This document shows positions 34,953 to 45,724 of a stretch of 64,000 nucleotides of DNA, piece after piece (the first letter of the stretch is position 1; every line of letters starts with the position of its first letter). The DNA is from Candidatus Woesearchaeota archaeon (lineage in GTDB: Archaea; Nanobdellota; Nanobdellia; Woesearchaeales; JAAOYA01): contig JAAOYA010000008.1 in NCBI GenBank assembly GCA_018221105.1, forward strand, positions 64,648 through 128,647, written 5' to 3'. The position numbers were made by a program, and so were the translations under genes. The notes under the pieces were generated by a model, which saw nothing but the letters and a program-made list of their open reading frames with translations, ran no database searches and was not told the DNA's origin.

Positions 34953-35759
34953 ATGATTCTTTCAAAAGAGGAAGCAATATCGTTAGTACTATACTATTCT
35001 GAACGCAATAGAATTACATCAATAACTAAACTGAACAAAATCCTTGCTAGACTAAATCTTCACATGATTCCGATAGATGTAGATTTCAGACTTAATAAAT
35101 ATGGTTCGTTCAGTACTGACCTAGTATTAGAATCTACCGATTATTATAATATCTATGAGTATCCTGCAAGTTTCGGTGATGGAAAAGGACTACACATTGT
35201 ACAAAAAGGTCGGGAGCTTGCAAAAGAAGTTGTAACTACTAAACTTTCAGAAATAATGAAATCTCAAGAAATTAAAGAGTTAGAAGACGAAATAAATGAT
35301 ATGAGCAAGAAGCGTGCTGATGAATTATCTAATGACGAACACAAAATGTTATTTGTTGATATAGATGACAGAACTCATCTAATAAGCAGGATACGTACTG
35401 TTCATATCGATTTTTTAGATTTGTATGAAGAAGTAAAGAAGCAAGAAGCTAGTACTATAGCAGACATAACATTTAGCGCACTAGTAGAGTATTGTTTTTA
35501 TCTTTCAAGTTTTTTTATGAAGAAAAGATTTAAGAATATTGAAACCGCTGGAGATTATGATTTTGATGCTTACATGTTCGATTATTATTTTTTGTATAAC
35601 CTAGAACAAATAATCCCTATCCTTAAAAAACAACTTGGTGTTGATAAGAAAGATGAAACTTTGTTAAACAAATTTTATCAGTATTTTGTTCAGTCTATTA
35701 AGGAACAAAAATATCCTTTTTCAATTGATAATAAACATTTAAAAGATTTAATAGTTTAA
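34953..35759 (+). CDS. hypothetical protein, possibly Panacea/DUF4065-like (antitoxin-type) domain
   Basis: ITKLNKILARLNL...LNKYGSFSTDL is reminiscent of the KLxKLLY...GP motif of DUF4065. The ORF track starts earlier at a TTG (34878). Low confidence. Confidence 0.3.
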   Translation: MILSKEEAISLVLYYSERNRITSITKLNKILARLNLHMIPIDVDFRLNKYGSFSTDLVLESTDYYNIYEYPASFGDGKGLHIVQKGRELAKEVVTTKLSEIMKSQEIKELEDEINDMSKKRADELSNDEHKMLFVDIDDRTHLISRIRTVHIDFLDLYEEVKKQEASTIADITFSALVEYCFYLSSFFMKKRFKNIETAGDYDFDAYMFDYYFLYNLEQIIPILKKQLGVDKKDETLLNKFYQYFVQSIKEQKYPFSIDNKHLKDLIV

Positions 35760-35760
35760 A

Positions 35761-36348
35761 ATGACATTATATGATAATAACACTTATTCCTTTGATGATT
35801 GTTCAATATTTAATCTGTGCGAAATTAATATCCCTAACTCTTGGAGCGAGATGTTTGGCACTAATCGTTTAAGGTCTTATAATTATGGAAAATTAGTTCG
35901 TTTAATGGCTTCATTGAATCAACAAAATATTATACCTTATCGTTTTATTCCAGAAAGTGAAAAATTTAATAGTAATTTGATTAAACATGCTAATCAACTT
36001 TTGATTAAAACAAAGATAAACCCTGCTTTCATGGACTTAGTATTTAAAAAAGAAGTTATAGAAAGTTTGAAATTTTCTTTTAAAGGAGTTTTGAAGGTGT
36101 TTAACACAATACAAAAGAATGATAATTTTCAGAATATTAAACAGTTTTTTGAACAAAACTGTCAAGTACCAACTAATGTGCCAAATAATGATGATTGTAA
36201 AATCATTGGGGGATTAAACTCTTTTAATTGCTTGGGCAATAAATTTTTTATTAGTGCCGATAATCATTTTCGCAATAATTGTGACTTGATTAAACAAGAA
36301 TGGAATATTACTATAGTGCCTGAACACGAATGTCATTTACTATGTTAA
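35761..36348 (+). CDS. hypothetical protein (Cys/Asn-rich), co-transcribed with the upstream gene
   Basis: ATG 1 nt after the upstream stop; 195 aa, no recognisable domain; very AT-rich codon usage. Confidence 0.4.
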   Translation: MTLYDNNTYSFDDCSIFNLCEINIPNSWSEMFGTNRLRSYNYGKLVRLMASLNQQNIIPYRFIPESEKFNSNLIKHANQLLIKTKINPAFMDLVFKKEVIESLKFSFKGVLKVFNTIQKNDNFQNIKQFFEQNCQVPTNVPNNDDCKIIGGLNSFNCLGNKFFISADNHFRNNCDLIKQEWNITIVPEHECHLLC

Positions 36349-36401
36349 ATTTAACGCTTGTTTTACGCATATTTTAAATATTGTTATTTTTGTAGCATTC
36401 C

Positions 36402-37613
36402 ATGGCTAAAGATAAGTTTAGTGATGATTTGTTAGAGTCTAAAAGAAAGAAGTTTTTTGAAGCTGTTCACAGGATTTGTAAAAGAAGAAAGTTGCCTATT
36501 CCTGATTTGAATTTTAATGGTTGTTCTGAAGAAAGCGATGACGAACTCGCGCATTATCATCCTGGTTCTAACACTATTTGTGTTTCTAAACAAAAACTTG
36601 TAAAGCTTAATTTTAATGACATTGAAGAAGTAGCTGCTCATGAAGTTTCTCACATAGTAAAAGCAGATCATAGTCCGGAGTTTTATAGGCAAGAAGAAGT
36701 AAGTAAGGTTGCAGGCTTTCACGCCGGCCCAGGAGTTATTCACGTGGACGGAAATGCAAAAGATACTTTCAAGAAAAGCAGAAAATCAAAAGATGATAAA
36801 ACTCGATGCAATTATCATTTGTGTCGAAAACAACGAAAGCTTGAACAGTGTCCGCACTGCAAAAACTATTATTGTCACGAACACATTAAACCTTTTGAGC
36901 CTTCACTAATGAGCACCAGAGGACACGAAAAACATGAAGAGGGACATCCTTGCGCTGTATACGCAGAACATAAAATTCATGAGAAGAAAGCACAGGATAA
37001 TAAATGGGGAGATTGGCTTGCAAAGCACGCTACAAAGCCATCGTCTGGCAAGAAATATAAACCAAAGTATAAAGAAGATCATAGATTTGATTATGTAGGT
37101 CATAGGCCAGACCATATAAAAGATGCACGTCAAAAGGACAAAATCAGAATTAGCGATGTCTTTAGGCTTATCACACGTGGAATTGGAAAATTATTGAAAT
37201 TTCTTTTTATTATAGCAATCATAGCAGGATTGGCATATGGCGGATTTATCTTGTTTCAAAATTATAAACCATTAATTATGGAAAAACTATCAAAAGAATC
37301 CAGTAGAGTTGAAACTATTGAAGAACCGATCGTTCAAAACACTATAAAGTCACCCATTCAAGAATTATTAGAGGCCGGCTCTATAAATACGGAAGTAACA
37401 ATATCTGGAAAGTATCGCTTTGAAGAAAAAGAGTTCGATGATCTAACACTACGTGATAAACTTGCGGATAACCAAGGTTATAACATATACTTTTTACTAA
37501 AAACGCCCAGAGGATTTAATAAGCAAAAAACTTACAAAATTACAGGCCTATTAAAAGAAGTAGAAGGAACAAAATACATAGATGTAAACAAGCCAATAGA
37601 AACAGTAGACTAA
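36402..37613 (+). CDS. membrane-anchored zinc-metallopeptidase-like protein (SprT/DUF45-type HExxHx5H) with AN1-like zinc finger
   Basis: AAHEVSHIVKADHSPEF matches HExxH(x)5H. Cys/His cluster CNYHLCRKQRKLEQCPHCKNYYCHEHIKPF...HEKHEEGHPC. Single TM helix FLFIIAIIAGLAYGGFILF, then an about 120-aa C-terminal domain. Confidence 0.5.
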   Translation: MAKDKFSDDLLESKRKKFFEAVHRICKRRKLPIPDLNFNGCSEESDDELAHYHPGSNTICVSKQKLVKLNFNDIEEVAAHEVSHIVKADHSPEFYRQEEVSKVAGFHAGPGVIHVDGNAKDTFKKSRKSKDDKTRCNYHLCRKQRKLEQCPHCKNYYCHEHIKPFEPSLMSTRGHEKHEEGHPCAVYAEHKIHEKKAQDNKWGDWLAKHATKPSSGKKYKPKYKEDHRFDYVGHRPDHIKDARQKDKIRISDVFRLITRGIGKLLKFLFIIAIIAGLAYGGFILFQNYKPLIMEKLSKESSRVETIEEPIVQNTIKSPIQELLEAGSINTEVTISGKYRFEEKEFDDLTLRDKLADNQGYNIYFLLKTPRGFNKQKTYKITGLLKEVEGTKYIDVNKPIETVD

Positions 37614-37614
37614 A

Positions 37615-38298
37615 ATGAAAATGGTTCATTATCTTATAGAGTTTAGATTTCAAGGTATTGCAAAAAAAAGAATTAAAAGTCTAATATGGGATGTTGATAA
37701 AAAATGCAGAATAGGTAACGCAAAAAAGAAAAGACCAATACCTCATATCACTTTAGTCGCCCCTTTTACAACGAAAAAAGAGTCAAAACTGATTAGCGAT
37801 TTCAACAAGTTATGCACGGATTATCCTTTGATGAAATTTACTATAAAAGGATTTAGCACTTTCGAGAATAACAGAGTTGTTTATCTCGATATAAAACCAT
37901 GCAAAGAACTCAATAAGTTCAGATGGAAATTATCAAAAAAACTACGTTCATACTGTAAACTAAAACCCCTTGATTACAAAAGAAAATACTATTTTCATTC
38001 TACAATTGCTATGAAGCTTGAACCGAAAAAATTCAAGCAAGTAAAAAATTACATCAAAACAAAACCAAAGCCAGATTTTAAGCATGTAATGGTAAGAGCT
38101 ACACTACTAAAAGGACAATATATTCTTAGAGAGTATGATTTTCTATTAAGGCAATCGCTTACAAGAAAATTAGCAAAGAGTAGAAATATGAACAAAAAAA
38201 CAACTTCTTTGCTAACAAAATATTTTGAAGGAAAATTTAATCCCAACAAAAACATTAAAAAATCGTTATGGAGGAAAATAAAAACTATTTTTTCATAA
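37615..38298 (+). CDS. 2H-phosphoesterase superfamily protein (LigT / 2'-5' RNA ligase-like)
   Basis: Two H-x-T/S-x motifs, PHITLVAPF and FHSTIAM, at the expected spacing. Confidence 0.6.
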   Translation: MKMVHYLIEFRFQGIAKKRIKSLIWDVDKKCRIGNAKKKRPIPHITLVAPFTTKKESKLISDFNKLCTDYPLMKFTIKGFSTFENNRVVYLDIKPCKELNKFRWKLSKKLRSYCKLKPLDYKRKYYFHSTIAMKLEPKKFKQVKNYIKTKPKPDFKHVMVRATLLKGQYILREYDFLLRQSLTRKLAKSRNMNKKTTSLLTKYFEGKFNPNKNIKKSLWRKIKTIFS

Positions 38299-38453
38299 AA
38301 TCTTTAATTAACTAGTCAATTTCTCAATCAGAACAGTTTTTGCCCTCTTTTTACCGTTTAGTTTATAAATGATTAAATTTTTCGCTACTTGAAGAATAGT
38401 TTCTAATGACTGTTTTTTACATATTTACAAAAAATCAATTAGAAGTGAAAGCT

Positions 38454-39689
38454 ATGAAAGCATTTGAACAACTCGGTATTGAAAGCTCAATACTTAAGGC
38501 TTTAGAGAACAAAGGTTTTGATAGTCCTACCCATATCCAAGAAAAAGCCATCCCGCACATTTTAAAAGGTGAAGATGTTGTTGGACAGTCCGAAACTGGC
38601 AGTGGCAAAACTTTAGCTTTTGGCGCTGGAATAATACAAAATATCAGAAGAGGACAAGGTATTGGAGCTTTAATATTAACCCCGACTCGCGAGCTTGCAG
38701 AGCAAGTTAGCAGTGCACTACAAAGTTTTTCAACGCTCAAACCTTTAAAAATCACAGCGGTTTATGGTGGTGTTGGCATCAACCCACAAATTAATAGTTT
38801 ACAAAAAGCTGATGTTGTCGTTGCAACACCCGGCAGGTTATTAGATCATTTAGAGCGCAGAACAATTAACCTGTCAAAAGTACAAATACTTGTTTTAGAC
38901 GAAGCTGACAGGATGGTTGACATGGGATTTATTGACGATGTAAAAAAGATTATAACACAATGTCCTAGAAAACGTCAAACACTACTTTTTTCTGCAACAC
39001 TCTCACAAGATATCAAAAACATTGAACAACGATTCATGCACAATCCAATAAGAATCAGCGCACGACAACACGTTGATCCAACAAAACTAACACAAAGCTA
39101 TTATGATACCAACCAAAAAATGAAGTTTTCACTTTTAATACACTTGTTAAAAAATGATTTATACTCCTCAATACTAATATTTTGCAATACTAGACGCCAA
39201 GTAGACTTTCTAACGAAAAATTTAACACAACAACAAATTAGCGCAGTGCCAATTCATGGCGGTTTCACACAAGCTAAAAGAAGTGATTCAATGAAAAAAT
39301 TTCAAACAAACAAATCAAACATTCTGGTTTGCACTGACGTCGCTGCTAGGGGCTTGGACATTCCAAACGTTTCACACGTTTACAATTATGACTTGCCACA
39401 AGACAGCAAAGAATATATTCACCGCATTGGCCGAACAGCCAGGGCTGGAAAAAAAGGCAGTGTTGTAAATCTTGTAGCTGACCGTGACCACGACAATTTT
39501 TCTAGTATTATAACAAGTCATAGAGAATTAAAAATCACTCGTTTAGCACTACCACAATTTGAAAAGGTCACCATTAAAGATTTTAAAAAAACCAAGAAAA
39601 CATTTAAAGGCAAATCTTCTTTTACTTCTCAAAAACCTTCTTTTAAAAAAAGAAGTTTTCACAAGCCACGAAAACACTTTAACCGTTAA
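38454..39689 (+). CDS. DEAD-box ATP-dependent RNA helicase
   Basis: Q-motif FDSPTHIQ, motif I GQSETGSGKT, motif II VLDEADRM, motif III SAT, motif VI HRIGRTARAG; basic C-terminal tail. Confidence 0.85.
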   Translation: MKAFEQLGIESSILKALENKGFDSPTHIQEKAIPHILKGEDVVGQSETGSGKTLAFGAGIIQNIRRGQGIGALILTPTRELAEQVSSALQSFSTLKPLKITAVYGGVGINPQINSLQKADVVVATPGRLLDHLERRTINLSKVQILVLDEADRMVDMGFIDDVKKIITQCPRKRQTLLFSATLSQDIKNIEQRFMHNPIRISARQHVDPTKLTQSYYDTNQKMKFSLLIHLLKNDLYSSILIFCNTRRQVDFLTKNLTQQQISAVPIHGGFTQAKRSDSMKKFQTNKSNILVCTDVAARGLDIPNVSHVYNYDLPQDSKEYIHRIGRTARAGKKGSVVNLVADRDHDNFSSIITSHRELKITRLALPQFEKVTIKDFKKTKKTFKGKSSFTSQKPSFKKRSFHKPRKHFNR

Positions 39690-39843
39690 TTTAAAACATT
39701 ATTAGAGCACAATCTTTATAAATAAAACGCAAATACACTGTTTATTCGATGGACAAAACGGTCAAATTGGCTTTTTTGTGCTGGAGAAAAGAATCATTGT
39801 TCTTAACTCTTTTAATCGAAAAAATTACTTTGGAGTTGATATT

Positions 39844-40299
39844 ATGAGTCGAATGCACTCAAGAAAAAAAGGCAAGAGCGCTTCAACAAAGCCATCAGAG
39901 AAGAAAAAGCCAGGATGGCTTCGCTATACTGCAAAAGAAGTAGAGCTCTTGATTGGAAAAATTGCAAAAGAAGTAAAGAATCCTTCACAAATAGGATTAT
40001 ACCTTCGAGATAATTATGGTATTCCTGATGTTAAAACAATAACAGGCAAGAAAATAAACCAGATTTTAAAAGAAAAAAACTTGCTTGGCGAAATACCTGA
40101 AGATTTGCAAGCACTACTTAGAAAAAGTGTTGATATTAGAAAACACTTAGAAGAAAATCATAAGGACATGCCAGCAAAGCGTGGATTGCAATTAACAGAG
40201 AGCAAGATATTGCGACTTGTAAAATATTACAAGAAAACTAATAAGTTGCCAGCTGATTGGAAGTATGATCCATCAAAAGCACGCATGTTTATCGAATAA
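39844..40299 (+). CDS. rps15: 30S ribosomal protein S15 (S13e family)
   Basis: MSRMHSRKKGKSAS...PGWL N-terminus typical of archaeal S15/S13e; GGAG SD before the 39844 ATG (the ORF track start at 39778 is upstream of the SD). Confidence 0.85.
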   Translation: MSRMHSRKKGKSASTKPSEKKKPGWLRYTAKEVELLIGKIAKEVKNPSQIGLYLRDNYGIPDVKTITGKKINQILKEKNLLGEIPEDLQALLRKSVDIRKHLEENHKDMPAKRGLQLTESKILRLVKYYKKTNKLPADWKYDPSKARMFIE

Positions 40300-40376
40300 A
40301 ACTTTTTTTTATTATTTTTTTACTACTTTTGATTTTAACAAAAGTAATTTAAACAAGAACAAAATAGTGAACAACA

Positions 40377-41789
40377 ATGAACTATGAAAATTTTAGTGCA
40401 CAAATAAAAAAAGTAGTTAGTGCTTTTAAAAAAGTTGATAAGAGCAAACCATTAAGAATCATCAGTCACTTGGACGCTGACGGCATAAGCGCTTGCGCCA
40501 TTTTAAGCAAAGCTTTAAGTCGTGAAAACTACCATTATAACACTAGCATAGTGCACCAATTAACAAACGAATTACTTGCAGAGCTAAAAAAAGAAAATTA
40601 TCAAACATACATTTTTTGTGATCTTGGAAGCGGCCAATTAAAAGCCATTAGCGAACAATTAAACAATAAAACAGTTTTTGTCCTAGACCATCACATCATC
40701 GAAAAAACAAATTTAGCAGACAATATCAATCACTTAAACCCTCACGATTTTGACATTGACGGCTCACAACAAATCAGTGGTTCTGGAGTGACTTTTTTGT
40801 TCACACTAGAATTAAACAAAAAAAATGAGGAGTTGGCACGACTTGCAATCATAGGAGCTATTGGCGACGTGCAAGAAAATAATGGTTTTGAAAAACTCAA
40901 CAATAAAATTTTAAAAATAGCACAAGAAAACGGCAGTATTAGTGTAAAACAAGGACTTAATTTTTTTGGTCGTCAAACAAAACCATTGCACAAACTTTTA
41001 GAGTATTCAACTGACAATCCTATACCTGGTGTTAGCGGCAGTGAAAGTGCTGCAATACAATTTTTGAGTGAAATTGGAATAAACCCGAAAAACGGCACTA
41101 TTTTCAAAAAATATATTGATTTGACTGAAGTTGAATCAAAGCGTTTGACAAGCGCTATTTTAGCAAAGCGCTCACAACTTGACAATCCACAAAATATTAT
41201 TGGAAACATTTACAAACTACCACGCGAGAAAAGCGGCACACCATTTGGTGATGCTAGAGAATTTGCAACACTACTGAACGCTTGTGGCAGAATGGGCAAG
41301 GCAAGTGTTGGTATTGGAGCTTGTTTGGGTGATGAAAAACTAAAAAAGAAAGCTTTGCAAGGACAAAACGATTATAAGGCAGAGATTAGCAGTGCACTGT
41401 CATGGTATGAACAAAACAGCAACAATAATAAAAAAGTTTTTGTAGGTAGTGGTTTTATCATAATTAATTGTGAAGACGAAGTTAATCCTACAATTGTTGG
41501 AACACTCTCAAGCATTCTGTCAAAGGGTCGAAAGCTCGACGATGGAACTCTAGTATTAAGCTTAGCGCGCAATTTTGATGGCACAACAAAAGTTTCACTG
41601 CGCATTGCTGGCAGCACAGATTTAGATTTGAAAGAAATAATCACTGAAATAGTTAATGTTGTTGGTGGCGAGAGTGGAGGTCACCAAAACGCTAGCGGAG
41701 CATTAATTAAAACTAGTAGTGAAAAAGAATTCATAGAAACCGCCAAAAAAATTTTATCACAAGTTAGTATTGAAGAAAAAATAAAATAA
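40377..41789 (+). CDS. RecJ-like DHH-family ssDNA nuclease (GAN/Cdc45-RecJ type)
   Basis: DHH motifs SHLDADGISACAIL and FVLDHHII; DHHA1 GGESGGHQNASGA; 470 aa. Confidence 0.7.
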   Translation: MNYENFSAQIKKVVSAFKKVDKSKPLRIISHLDADGISACAILSKALSRENYHYNTSIVHQLTNELLAELKKENYQTYIFCDLGSGQLKAISEQLNNKTVFVLDHHIIEKTNLADNINHLNPHDFDIDGSQQISGSGVTFLFTLELNKKNEELARLAIIGAIGDVQENNGFEKLNNKILKIAQENGSISVKQGLNFFGRQTKPLHKLLEYSTDNPIPGVSGSESAAIQFLSEIGINPKNGTIFKKYIDLTEVESKRLTSAILAKRSQLDNPQNIIGNIYKLPREKSGTPFGDAREFATLLNACGRMGKASVGIGACLGDEKLKKKALQGQNDYKAEISSALSWYEQNSNNNKKVFVGSGFIIINCEDEVNPTIVGTLSSILSKGRKLDDGTLVLSLARNFDGTTKVSLRIAGSTDLDLKEIITEIVNVVGGESGGHQNASGALIKTSSEKEFIETAKKILSQVSIEEKIK

Positions 41790-41800
41790 TGATTTCAGAA

Positions 41801-42835
41801 TTATTTTTTTATGTTGTGAACTTTTACTACCGGCCAACTTATCTCAATTTTTTCTTTATCATAGCGTTTCTTTAATGCTTTTATGAACTCGTGTTTTGCC
41901 AGATACCTATCAACTGGTGTTTTGACGCGAAAAATTATGTTAAAGTCAATGTTTGAATCTCCAAAATTGTTAAATCGTACTAGTGGTTCATAATCTTTTA
42001 CTGTGCCTTCAAGTTTTTTGATGACTTTTTTTGTTTCATCAAGTGTTATTTTTTCTACTTTTTCTAAATCTTCACCATAATCAACACCGCACCCTATCAC
42101 AACACTCATTTGTTGTTCTGGCATTGACTTATTCATTATAGTACTTTCTGCAAGCTTGGCGTTTGGAATTATTACTCTAGTGTTTGGTAGTGTTCTTAGG
42201 CGTGTTGAGCGCCAACCGATTTCTTCTACAAAACCGCTAATGCCATCAACTTCTATGTAGTCTTCTGCTTCTATTGGCTTGTCAGTGATGATGTGAAGTC
42301 CTGCAAAAAAGTTTGCTAATGTGTTTTGTAAAGCTAGCCCTACTGCTAAACCGCCAATTCCAAGTGTTGCCACTAACGGTGTTAGTTCTACGTTAAAATG
42401 GCCAAGAATCATTAAAATAGCTACAATGTATATTACAACGCTTGCTATCTTGGTCAAAAGTTTTGGTGTTTTCTGGTATCTTTTAGTTACTTTAAACCAT
42501 TTGTTTACCAGTACTATTATGACTTTTGATGCGACGTGAGCCACTATCAGCACCATTATCACATAATACAAATTGTTAATCACTGAATTGTAAGGCTGCA
42601 TTATCGAAAGCTCAGTAATAGCTAAGTATATTCCTATAAGAATTATAATTAAATAAATAGGTTTTTCAACAATGCCAAAAACTACATCATCAATATCGGT
42701 TTTTGTGCGTTTGGCAATTCTTTTTATTGCCACTCGTGCTACAATGTCAAAGACTTGTGCTACAATAAAAAACACTGTCAGTACAAATAATGCTTTTATG
42801 TACTCATTAACTAATAAGAGTTGAAAATCAATCAT
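41801..42835 (-). CDS. small-conductance mechanosensitive channel (MscS family)
   Basis: Three N-terminal TM helices and the conserved pore region GIGGLAVGLALQNTLANFFAGLHII. Confidence 0.8.
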   Translation of the reverse strand: MIDFQLLLVNEYIKALFVLTVFFIVAQVFDIVARVAIKRIAKRTKTDIDDVVFGIVEKPIYLIIILIGIYLAITELSIMQPYNSVINNLYYVIMVLIVAHVASKVIIVLVNKWFKVTKRYQKTPKLLTKIASVVIYIVAILMILGHFNVELTPLVATLGIGGLAVGLALQNTLANFFAGLHIITDKPIEAEDYIEVDGISGFVEEIGWRSTRLRTLPNTRVIIPNAKLAESTIMNKSMPEQQMSVVIGCGVDYGEDLEKVEKITLDETKKVIKKLEGTVKDYEPLVRFNNFGDSNIDFNIIFRVKTPVDRYLAKHEFIKALKKRYDKEKIEISWPVVKVHNIKK

Positions 42836-43310
42836 TAAAAGTGCTTAGCTTGTTAGAATTTAAAAAGCTTATGATTCACTGGTCACTGGACAAGTGCGTG
42901 TGAGCTATAAAAAGGACCAAAACTATACTAGTTCTATAAAATTTGTTTTTTTAGTTTGGCAGGGCACCATCTTGACCCCTTCGCCTTGCCTACTTTTTAA
43001 ACAAAATAAACTTTGAGGTGATATTAATGACTAGTATTGATGTTAGTAACAAAACAATTCAAGATTTGTTTTACAAACAAATCAAGAGCTTGACAATGAA
43101 AACCTGCAGTCTTGAAAGCTTCGAGGTACAATTTAGTGATAGGTGGTTATGATGGATACAGAAATTGAAATTATACGAGGACCTGTTGAAGAGTTTTATT
43201 GTGAGCAAGCCCTGCAAGCCCTTAGAGATGCTGACTTGATTGATGACGAAGAAGAAGCCTTTATGATAGGTTATCTTAAAAGCTAATAATTTTTTATTAT
43301 TATTTTAAAA

Positions 43311-43580
43311 TTATAGAAGTGTTCTTATTCTTTCAATGTGATCAGCGACTTCTTGGCCTTTTTTTGTTAAGGTTAATAGTTTTAATCTTCCTTGCTTGTC
43401 AAAGTTTATCAGACCGCTTTTTTCCATTTCCTGTAATAATTTTACAACATGAGAATATGTGCAATCAATTACTTTTGCAACATTGGAGGCGTAAATGTCA
43501 TTTTTAGAATTCTTTAATGTTACCAGCATCATGGCAGGTTTTTCTCTAAAAAACACATTGAATATTTTTTCTTTGGACAA
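43311..43580 (-). CDS. winged-helix transcriptional regulator (MarR/TrmB-like)
   Basis: 89 aa; SNVAKVIDCTYSHVVKLLQEMEKSGLI forms an HTH. Confidence 0.5.
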   Translation of the reverse strand: MSKEKIFNVFFREKPAMMLVTLKNSKNDIYASNVAKVIDCTYSHVVKLLQEMEKSGLINFDKQGRLKLLTLTKKGQEVADHIERIRTLL

Positions 43581-43769
43581 GTCACATCCCCCACTTATTT
43601 TTGTACAATTTTACAATTATAAACCTTCGTATACTCAAAAAGTTATTTTACAATATAACTTTTTGGATATGTTGTTTCTTTTGATTGTGTATCATAATAA
43701 CTTATATATAAATGTTTTGCAATGTTCGTCAAACATAATTTTAAAAATAATCACAAAAACCCATTAAAA

Positions 43770-45623
43770 ATGAATTATTTTCCATTTGAAAAACTACGCT
43801 TACACCAAGATGAGCTCTTAGAACACGTAAATTTAGCAATTAAAGAAAAAAACAATCTTTTAGTGCACGCTCCAACAGGCCTTGGAAAGACTGCAGCAGC
43901 ACTGGCTCCAACATTAAAAGAAGCTATAAAAAACAATAAAAAAGTGTTTTTTTTGACAGGTCGCCACACACAACACAAAATAGCTATCGACACTCTTCGT
44001 CTAATAAACCAAAAATTGAAAAAACCATTAAAAGCTGTCGATATTATCGGAAAAAAATACTTGTGTGCTGTGCCTGGCATTGAAGCTCTTTACAGCAGTG
44101 AATTTGCAGAATATTGCAAAAAAGTACGCGAAGATGACAAATGCGAATACTATTCTAACACGAAAAAAGCCAACAAGCTTTCAATAAAAGCACAAAAAAT
44201 TCTTGGCGATATTAAAGGACAAATTCTTGACACTGAACAACTCTACGAGTTAGCACAGCAAGAAAAACTGTGCCCGTACGAGTTAACATTATCATTAGCA
44301 GTCAAAGCTAATGTTGTAATTGCAGATTATTTTTACTTGTTCAACCCTACTATTAGAAATAATTTTTTATCAAAAACCAATCACTCTCTAGAGGACAGCA
44401 TAATTATTGTTGATGAAGCACACAATCTACCTTCAAGAGTTAGAGACTTGCTCACTCACTCAATAACTACTAATTCTGTAGCACGAGCTATTAAAGAATG
44501 CAAAAAATATAATCATTTGACAGCTTTAGAAATATTAGAACAATTACAAACGGTTTTAGAAGAACTTGCAAAAAATGTTAGTGCAGAAAAGCTCGTCACA
44601 AAACAAGAATTTAGACAACAAATCAATGCTATTGGCGATTATGATGAAATAATCGGTGATTTGGATTTTGCAGGAGAGCAAATTCGCGAATTGCAAAAAA
44701 CTTCTTCAACAGGAGCTATAGCTAGTTTTTTAGAAGCATGGAATGGCAAAGATGAAGGTTTTGCACGAATTTTGGAAGTTCGCCAAACAAAAGAAAAACC
44801 TGTAAATTTTTTGTGGTACAAATGTTTAGATCCATCAAGTATCACAAAGCCTGTTTTTGACGAGGCTTCAAGCAGCATTTTAATGTCCGGCACTTTAACA
44901 CCGACTAGCATGTATAAAGATTTGCTTGGCATCACTAAAGCTAATGAGGTTAGCATGAAAAGTCCTTTTCCAAAAGACAACAGGTTAAACCTTATAATTC
45001 CAGAGACATCAACAAAGTACTCAACTCGCTCTGACGCACAGTACAAAAGAATTGCGCAAATAGTCTCGCAAATAACTAACAGTGTTCCAGGAAATAGTGC
45101 TGTGTACTTTCCTAGTTATTTAGTGCGTGATGATATTTACAAACATTTGCACTCGCTTTCTAAAAAGACTACTTTTTTAGAGGTTCCGAATCTTTCTAAA
45201 GGAGAAAAAATTGCAATGCTAGAAAATTTTAAAGAGTACAAAAAAACAGGTGCATTACTTTTAGGTGTTGCAAGCGGAAGTTTTGGTGAGGGAATTGACC
45301 TTCCTGGCGATTACTTAAAATGTGTTATTGTTGTTGGACTACCTCTTAGCAGGCCAAATTTGGAGACTCAAGAGTTAATAAAATTTTATGATGATAACTT
45401 TGGTCGAGGTTGGGATTATGGTTACTTATATCCTGCAGTCAGTAAGGTCTTGCAAGCAGCTGGTCGTTGCATTAGAAGCGAGACTGATAGGGGTGTTATC
45501 GTGCTTTTAGATGAGCGTTTTGCTTGGCCACAATACCAGCGTTGTTTTCCAAAAGAGGTTGATTTTAAGATTACAAAGCTTTTCGAGGACAGAATCGATA
45601 AATTCTTCAAAGAAAAAAAGTAA
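43770..45623 (+). CDS. xpd: XPD/Rad3-family 5'-3' DNA helicase (FeS domain)
   Basis: Walker A HAPTGLGKT, FeS Cys cluster (C..C..C..C between motifs I and II), DEAH box VDEAHNL, motif VI AAGRCIRSETDRG. Confidence 0.85.
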   Translation: MNYFPFEKLRLHQDELLEHVNLAIKEKNNLLVHAPTGLGKTAAALAPTLKEAIKNNKKVFFLTGRHTQHKIAIDTLRLINQKLKKPLKAVDIIGKKYLCAVPGIEALYSSEFAEYCKKVREDDKCEYYSNTKKANKLSIKAQKILGDIKGQILDTEQLYELAQQEKLCPYELTLSLAVKANVVIADYFYLFNPTIRNNFLSKTNHSLEDSIIIVDEAHNLPSRVRDLLTHSITTNSVARAIKECKKYNHLTALEILEQLQTVLEELAKNVSAEKLVTKQEFRQQINAIGDYDEIIGDLDFAGEQIRELQKTSSTGAIASFLEAWNGKDEGFARILEVRQTKEKPVNFLWYKCLDPSSITKPVFDEASSSILMSGTLTPTSMYKDLLGITKANEVSMKSPFPKDNRLNLIIPETSTKYSTRSDAQYKRIAQIVSQITNSVPGNSAVYFPSYLVRDDIYKHLHSLSKKTTFLEVPNLSKGEKIAMLENFKEYKKTGALLLGVASGSFGEGIDLPGDYLKCVIVVGLPLSRPNLETQELIKFYDDNFGRGWDYGYLYPAVSKVLQAAGRCIRSETDRGVIVLLDERFAWPQYQRCFPKEVDFKITKLFEDRIDKFFKEKK

Positions 45624-45724
45624 ATAATCTACTTTAGTATACAAAAACGTATACAAAACGTAACATTTATATACTAGTTTGTCTCTTTTAATATTGCGAT
45701 AGACACATTAGGAGATGTATTAAT

